Shown here: piece by piece, positions 57,634 to 63,814 of the stretch
Layout of the letters: every line of letters begins with the position of its first letter
Numbering within the stretch: position 1 is the first letter of the stretch
Assembly (NCBI GenBank): GCA_012862495.1
Contig: BLSG01000353.1
Span: 1-63,814 of the forward strand
Direction: 5' to 3'
DNA: 63,814 nt
DNA from: Thraustochytrium aureum
Taxonomy: Eukaryota
Notes under the pieces: model-generated
Databases searched by the model: none
Seen by the model: the letters and a program-made list of their open reading frames with translations, nothing else
What the model was told of the DNA's origin: nothing
Made by a program: the position numbers and the translations under genes

Positions 57634-58767
57634 NNNNNNNNNNNNNNNNNNNNNNNNNNNNNNNNNNNNNNNNNNNNNNNNNNNNNNNNNNNNNNNNNNN
57701 NNNNNNNNNNNNNNNNNNNNNNNNNNNNNNNNNNNNNNNNNNNNNNNNNNNNNNNNNNNNNNNNNNNNNNNNNNNNNNNNNNNNNNNNNNNNNNNNNNNN
57801 NNNNNNNNNNNNNNNNNNNNNNNNNNNNNNNNNNNNNNNNNNNNNNNNNNNNNNNNNNNNNNNNNNNNNNNNNNNNNNNNNNNNNNNNNNNNNNNNNNNN
57901 NNNNNNNNNNNNNNNNNNNNNNNNNNNNNNNNNNNNNNNNNNNNNNNNNNNNNNNNNNNNNNNNNNNNNNNNNNNNNNNNNNNNNNNNNNNNNNNNNNNN
58001 NNNNNNNNNNNNNNNNNNNNNNNNNNNNNNNNNNNNNNNNNNNNNNNNNNNNNNNNNNNNNNNNNNNNNNNNNNNNNNNNNNNNNNNNNNNNNNNNNNNN
58101 NNNNNNNNNNNNNNNNNNNNNNNNNNNNNNNNNNNNNNNNNNNNNNNNNNNNNNNNNNNNNNNNNNNNNNNNNNNNNNNNNNNNNNNNNNNNNNNNNNNN
58201 NNNNNNNNNNNNNNNNNNNNNNNNNNNNNNNNNNNNNNNNNNNNNNNNNNNNNNNNNNNNNNNNNNNNNNNNNNNNNNNNCGTTACGTTGCCGCGCGAAA
58301 AGGGCGCTAGCAGCGCAGGCAGGGGATGTCCGTTGGGTGCGGTTGGGCGCGCGGGGCCTAGAGGCCGGCTAGGCGGCGGCAGTAGCAGCGGCGGCGGCGT
58401 CGTGGGTGTCCCGCAAGCGCGCGGCGCATGGTTCCGTTCGGGCCTGCCCCCAACGCATCTCTGCGCCAAAGGACGGTTGAAGGGCCCTGCTTGACCGCAA
58501 TGCAAGTTACCGGTGGAGACCAGCAACCCACCCACTCACTCACTCACTCACTCACGCACTCACGCACGCACCTGCCTCCACTGCCTCACCTGCCTCCACT
58601 GCCTCCACTGCCTCTCTCTCTGGCGCGGCAGGCGCCCTTGGAGCGCAGCATGGGCTGTGGCGCGCCTTCGTTTGCCGGTTTTCGCTGTTTGCCGCTCTTC
58701 GTTTGTCTTTGGCGAGCGATCGCTTTCTGCGCTGCTGTCTGCGCTGCCTGCCCTTCTGTCTTTCCTT

Positions 58768-58878
58768 CATTCTGCCTTGCATTCTGCCTTGCATTCTGAC
58801 TCTCTTGCATTTTGCATTCTGCCTTGCATTCTGACTCTCTTGCTTCGCTCCTTGCATTCTGCCTCTCTTGCTTCTTGC
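58768..58878. repeat. Degenerate GCATTCTGCCTT tandem repeat upstream of alpha-tubulin
   Basis: Several gcattctg(c/a)c units. Confidence 0.75.
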
Positions 58879-59008
58879 AAGGCGCCGTAACCGACGCAGA
58901 CAGACCTCCGGCGCTGCAGACCCCAATCGACCGCAAGCACGTACAAGCAGCAGCAGCAGCACTAGCAGCGCAAAGCGACGACAAGACAAGAGACAGCAGC
59001 CAAGCAAG

Positions 59009-60370
59009 ATGCGCGAGTGCCTGCTCATCCACCTCGGCCAGGCCGGTTGCCAGATCGGCAACGCCTGCTGGGAGCTGTTCTGCCTCGAGCATGGCATCCA
59101 GCCCGACGGCCAGAAGCCCTCCTGCTCGCAGGAGACCGACGGCTCGGTCGATGACTCGTTCAACACCTTCTTCAGCGAGACCGGCGCCGGCAAGTATGTG
59201 CCCAGGTGCGTGATGGTCGACCTCGAGCCAACCGTGGTGGATGAGGTGCGCACCGGCACGTACCGCCAGCTGTACCACCCCGAGCAGCTCATCTCGGGCA
59301 AGGAGGACGCCGCCAACAACTACGCGCGCGGACACTACACCATCGGCAAGGAGATCGTCGACCTCGTCCTCGACCGGATCCGCAAGCTCGCCGACAACTG
59401 CACTGGTCTCCAGGGCTTTATGGTCTTCCACTCGTTCGGTGGCGGCACCGGCGCTGGCTTCGGCTCGCTCCTCCTCGAGCGCCTCTCGATCGACTACGGC
59501 AAGAAGTCCAAGATTGAGTTCGCCGTGTACCCCTCCCCCCAGGTCTCGACCGCCGTTGTCGAGCCCTACAACTCGGTGCTCTGCTCGCACACCATGCTCG
59601 AGCACTCGGACGTCGCCTTCATGATTGACAACGAGGCGATGTACGACATCTGCCGTCGCAACCTCGACATCGAGCGCCCGACCTACACCAACCTGAACCG
59701 CCTCATCGCCCAGTGCATCTCGTCGATCACCGCGTCCCTCCGCTTCGAGGGCCAGCTTAACGTGGACCTTACCGAGTTCCAGACCAACTTGGTCCCCTAC
59801 CCGCGCATCAGCTTCCCGCTGTGCTCGTTTGCCCCCGTCATCGCTGCCGAGAAGGCCTACCACGAGAAGATGAGCGTCTCGGACATTACCAACTCGGTCT
59901 TCGAGCCCAGCAACATGATGGTCAAGTGCGACCCGCGCCACGGCAAGTACATGGCCTGCTGCATGATGTACCGTGGCGACGTCGTCCCCAAGGACGTCAA
60001 CGCGGCCATCGCCACCGTCAAGACCAAGCGCACCATCCAGTTTGTTGACTGGTGCCCCACCGGCTTCAAGGTCGGCATCAACTACCAGCCCCCGACCGTG
60101 GTCCCGGGCGGTGACCTCGCCAAGGTGCAGCGCGCCGTCACCATGATTTCCAACACCACCGCCATCGGCGAGGTGACCAGCCGCATGGACCACAAGTTCG
60201 ACCTCATGTACGCCAAGCGCGCCTTCGTGCATTGGTACGTCGGCGAGGGCATGGAGGAGGGCGAGTTCTCCGAGGCCCGCGAGGACCTTGCCGCCCTCGA
60301 GAAGGACTACGAGGAGGTCGGTGCCGAGACGGCCGAGGGTGAGGACGAGGAGGAGGGCGAGGAGTACTAA
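59009..60370 (+). CDS. TUBA: Alpha-tubulin (divergent; no K40)
   Basis: [46 protein letters not shown]-terminal EEY; strong C/G-ending codon bias. Confidence 0.98.
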   Translation: MRECLLIHLGQAGCQIGNACWELFCLEHGIQPDGQKPSCSQETDGSVDDSFNTFFSETGAGKYVPRCVMVDLEPTVVDEVRTGTYRQLYHPEQLISGKEDAANNYARGHYTIGKEIVDLVLDRIRKLADNCTGLQGFMVFHSFGGGTGAGFGSLLLERLSIDYGKKSKIEFAVYPSPQVSTAVVEPYNSVLCSHTMLEHSDVAFMIDNEAMYDICRRNLDIERPTYTNLNRLIAQCISSITASLRFEGQLNVDLTEFQTNLVPYPRISFPLCSFAPVIAAEKAYHEKMSVSDITNSVFEPSNMMVKCDPRHGKYMACCMMYRGDVVPKDVNAAIATVKTKRTIQFVDWCPTGFKVGINYQPPTVVPGGDLAKVQRAVTMISNTTAIGEVTSRMDHKFDLMYAKRAFVHWYVGEGMEEGEFSEAREDLAALEKDYEEVGAETAEGEDEEEGEEY

Positions 60371-60871
60371 GCGCTGGGTTTGTTAGTACATATATCTTCG
60401 GCTTGTTGTTGCCATTCACTATCTTGCCTTCCTTCCTTGACAAAGGAGAGGAAGTCCCCGTTGTCGACGGCTTCCTGCGCCGTGCCCATACCTTGTACAA
60501 CTGAGTGCGTTCGCAGCATGGCAGGCGTTGCAGCATGGCAGGCGCAGCAAACGCTTGACGAAGCCCGAACTGGTGACGATGACCTACCCACCTCGATGCC
60601 AGCGATGCCAGCAAGAACTGCTGTCGCACTGCTGTCGCAAGGGGACGGCGCCGGTGCCACTACAGCGTGGCTGACGAGAAAGCGGGCGAGGAGCTAAGCG
60701 CGCTGGGGACGAGCGCCAACTCCGGCTTGTGCTTCACGAAATTCGCATGTAGCAAGGCCGCCTTCCAGGTCCTTCACAAACGGAAAGCGCAACACCACGA
60801 ATGCTCTAGCTCGTACTCTGTCTACATCTACCATTCTACGTTCTCGTCACTCGCAGTCATAAGAGCTCAGG

Positions 60872-61897
60872 CTAGCTGTTTCTTGGCACAAATGAAAGAA
60901 CATGAACCCACAGGTCTCGGGTAAGGGGGAGCTCGACACATTGCAAAACCCACGTTGCTCGACGCCGAAAGAGCGGTGGAAATAGCGGCAGATACCGGAC
61001 CTGGAAGGGCGAGACAAGCGCACCAACGAGGCGCTCGACGAGCTTCTCGTTGACCGGCAGACCATACGCCGCAGGGACGCTGGTCGCGACGTTGATAGCG
61101 GCCTGCGTGGCGCTCGCTGAGATCGAGACCTCCGAGGAGAGTATCCTTGCAACCACATCGAAGTCACGCGCTTCAACTGCGCGCAGCAGCGGCGAGCGGG
61201 ACACTGTGTCTCGCAAGTACGCAGCCACGTGCGGATGCCTCGACGTCCGTGCGAGAGAGAGCGGCGTTTCGCCCTCATGACTTTCCAAGAGGACATCCCC
61301 GCCAAACACACAGAGATCTCGACAAACGTCGAGGTGGCCTTCCTCCGCCGCCAGCATTAGGGCCGAGACTTCACCGAGCATCCTGCGATTCGGCTTGGCA
61401 CCCGCTTCTAGGAGTGCACGGCAAGCCGCCCGCTTTCCACGAAAAGCAGCGCACATGAGGGCCACGCCGCCGTCATCCTTTGCCTGGTCGACCGGCGCGC
61501 CGTGTGTCAGGAGGAGCGCGACGACGTCCGCGTGGCCTCGGTATGCCGCTGACATGAGCGCTGTCCACCCAGTCGCAGTGACCTGCTCGCCTGGGGACGA
61601 GCCGGATTGCAAAAGCAGGTGGACAATGTCAACATGGCCGTAGTGGCAAGCGATCAGCAGCGGGGTCCATCCGTCCGGAAACAAGCTCGCATCAACCAAG
61701 TCGCGCACCACAGACGCACTTGCATTCTCCAGGAGTACGCGCGCGCAGGCCGCACGTCCTTTCTCCGCGCACTCCATCAATGCCGTCCAACCGTCATCGA
61801 CGCCCTGGTTGTGCATTGCTCCGCCCTCGAGCAGGAGGCGAACCAAGTCTGGCCTGTCCGCTTGGCACGCCGCAATAAGCCCTGTGGTGCGCTCAAC
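60872..61897 (-). CDS. Ankyrin-repeat protein (5' end in gap)
   Basis: Repeated GWTALM/GWTPLL..A..GH..V.LLL..GA units. Confidence 0.9.
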   Translation of the reverse strand, partial: VERTTGLIAACQADRPDLVRLLLEGGAMHNQGVDDGWTALMECAEKGRAACARVLLENASASVVRDLVDASLFPDGWTPLLIACHYGHVDIVHLLLQSGSSPGEQVTATGWTALMSAAYRGHADVVALLLTHGAPVDQAKDDGGVALMCAAFRGKRAACRALLEAGAKPNRRMLGEVSALMLAAEEGHLDVCRDLCVFGGDVLLESHEGETPLSLARTSRHPHVAAYLRDTVSRSPLLRAVEARDFDVVARILSSEVSISASATQAAINVATSVPAAYGLPVNEKLVERLVGALVSPFQVRYLPLFPPLFRRRATWVLQCVELPLTRDLWVHVLSFVPRNS

Positions 61898-62832
61898 NNN
61901 NNNNNNNNNNNNNNNNNNNNNNNNNNNNNNNNNNNNNNNNNNNNNNNNNNNNNNNNNNNNNNNNNNNNNNNNNNNNNNNNNNNNNNNNNNNNNNNNNNNN
62001 NNNNNNNNNNNNNNNNNNNNNNNNNNNNNNNNNNNNNNNNNNNNNNNNNNNNNNNNNNNNNNNNNNNNNNNNNNNNNNNNNNNNNNNNNNNNNNNNNNNN
62101 NNNNNNNNNNNNNNNNNNNNNNNNNNNNNNNNNNNNNNNNNNNNNNNNNNNNNNNNNNNNNNNNNNNNNNNNNNNNNNNNNNNNNNNNNNNNNNNNNNNN
62201 NNNNNNNNNNNNNNNNNNNNNNNNNNNNNNNNNNNNNNNNNNNNNNNNNNNNNNNNNNNNNNNNNNNNNNNNNNNNNNNNNNNNNNNNNNNNNNNNNNNN
62301 NNNNNNNNNNNNNNNNNNNNNNNNNNNNNNNNNNNNNNNNNNNNNNNNNNNNNNNNNNNNNNNNNNNNNNNNNNNNNNNNNNNNNNNNNNNNNNNNNNNN
62401 NNNNNNNNNNNNNNNNNNNNNNNNNNGCTCATTATTGGCACTTCGCTCTGGTTGTCTCTGCTTGCTGCGCAATGCTCAATTATTGGCTTGCAGCGCGAAA
62501 GCAGAAACCTCAATTATTGGTAGTCTGCATTGAACGCGAACCGCGCTCAATTCTTCCTTCTTCTACCAGCACTGAAAGCTGCGCTGCCTTGCATCGTATG
62601 AGGCAATGGCGCTCAGCAACCAGCCCCACCCGGGCTGTGCGCCCGAGTACCCGTCGGCGACGCCAACCTCATGAAAAAACTCATGCACGAAAGAAAAGGC
62701 CAATCGAGCCCCTCTATTCGGGGAAAAGAGGGCGCTCGCGAGATGCCTCTTTTTCAACAAGGTCTTTTGATTTCTGAAGGGGGCAAGAAAGAGCCCTTGT
62801 CGCGACGTCGCGCGCAACAGAGCAGCCCTGCG

Positions 62833-63814
62833 ATGGCCCGTCTGGGCGACGGCGGCACGCCGCTTGGCAAGCTCGAAGAGGCTCAGCGTGTGGACGAGGC
62901 TCTAGATGCTCTCCGCGCTCTCCGTGAACTGCGGCTCAACGAGTTCGTCGGGCCAGGACCGCAGGGCCCTCCGAGCGCCGCAGTGCTCGAGGCGGAGAGA
63001 GTGTTCGAGGATCTCGCCGCTGCAGTTCTCGAGACGGTGTCCAGCCGCTGGGCAAGCTTGCTTTCGCTCAGCGAAACCTCCGAGCTTCTGGACAGCTGGT
63101 TTGTTTCAAGTTGCGGCCCTGGAGGCGACGCGTGGCCTCCGAGCATCTGCAAGGTCTTTGCCCTCCACAGGTGCTTGAGGCGCGCATACGCGCAAGACCC
63201 GGCGCCTCATGGCACTCATCAAGCGGATCGCACAAATTGCGGAGCTCGGCAAGGCAGCAAGGCAATCTCAGCGCACGCGGCTCGGCTGCTCCTCGTCGCC
63301 GTGGATGAGTCGAGCGACGCTCTCGCGGAAACGTTGGCAATCGCGGATGGTCGCGGTAGGGCAGCAGAGTGGGTTGCCTGCCTGGGGAGCCTGCCGGACC
63401 TGGCCATCGCTGCAGCAGCCTGCGGCGAGCCGAAGCTTGCGGAGGACGCGAGGCGCACTTTTGCGCCAGCCTCGTTTTACGCGCGACTAGCAACCGCAAT
63501 CCTCTTCGGCGGCAGCGTCGCGAGTCCGAGCTCGATGGGACTGCTCGCGAGCAAACTTTGCCGCTTGGGCCAAGTCGAGTCCGTAGCGCACTCGTGGTGC
63601 GCTTCGGGCCAGGCAGAGCTTGCCTGGCTCGAGCACGTCGACCTCGGCTCGCGACAAAAACTCATCACAGCAGCGTTGCGAGCAGCCGGGAGCGACAGCA
63701 TCGGCATGCTCTCTGTGGACGCCGTTCTCGCGGCTGGGTTGCCTCGCGTCGCAATAGCAGGACCTGGAGCCTTGCGCGCTCTCGCTGGCAGGAAGTTGCT
63801 CCTTGGCAAGCCAC
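62833..63814 (+). CDS. Helical-repeat protein, possibly a TEL2/TELO2 N-terminus (runs off the window)
   Basis: Open frame from ATG 62833 to the window end, not in the ORF track because it has no stop; WASLL..ELLDSWF, LPD..F.P.SFY..L, LLASKLCRLG resemble TEL2. Confidence 0.45.
   Translation, partial: MARLGDGGTPLGKLEEAQRVDEALDALRALRELRLNEFVGPGPQGPPSAAVLEAERVFEDLAAAVLETVSSRWASLLSLSETSELLDSWFVSSCGPGGDAWPPSICKVFALHRCLRRAYAQDPAPHGTHQADRTNCGARQGSKAISAHAARLLLVAVDESSDALAETLAIADGRGRAAEWVACLGSLPDLAIAAAACGEPKLAEDARRTFAPASFYARLATAILFGGSVASPSSMGLLASKLCRLGQVESVAHSWCASGQAELAWLEHVDLGSRQKLITAALRAAGSDSIGMLSVDAVLAAGLPRVAIAGPGALRALAGRKLLLGKP

Noticed and set aside
58586..60232. 548-aa antisense ORF over tubulin, and similar long shadow ORFs elsewhere
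   Set aside because: By-product of strong GC3 codon bias on the coding strand.
1..63814. tRNA, rRNA or snRNA genes
   Set aside because: No convincing cloverleaf or conserved RNA motif found by eye; a tRNAscan-SE or Rfam scan is needed to exclude them.

Overview
GC-rich, gene-dense, intron-poor eukaryotic DNA, most likely a protist. The gene content suggests a stramenopile such as a labyrinthulomycete, but that is inference. About 20 N-gaps truncate many genes, and scattered 1-bp frameshifts, mostly in homopolymers, look like assembly errors. Recognisable genes in order: degenerate virus-type dNMP kinase, CCT-domain protein, SH3 protein, cytochrome P450, MBOAT/wax-synthase-like acyltransferase, MgtA-type P-type ATPase, alpha/beta hydrolase, ATRX-like SNF2 helicase, HPAT/SGT1-like glycosyltransferase, folate-receptor-like protein, chalcone-isomerase-fold protein, secreted EPDR-like protein, LRR-cupredoxin-SAM membrane protein, class V PLP C-S lyase, class 3 lipase, 14-3-3, NOT3, WD40-like protein, eIF3h, PhoD, RING-OSCA/TMEM63, permuted NlpC/P60, U2AF35, NAT9-methyltransferase fusion, CK2 beta, alpha-tubulin, ankyrin protein and a TEL2-like ORF. 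The most notable signals are: (1) a NAT9 acetyltransferase fused to an OvoA-type methyltransferase about 2.5 kb from an alpha-tubulin lacking K40; (2) a circularly permuted folate-receptor domain; (3) a RING-OSCA channel fusion; (4) an ATRX-like helicase with PDZ-like and BRCT domains; (5) a viral-type dNMP kinase relic. All family calls come from motif recognition by eye; no database searches were run.
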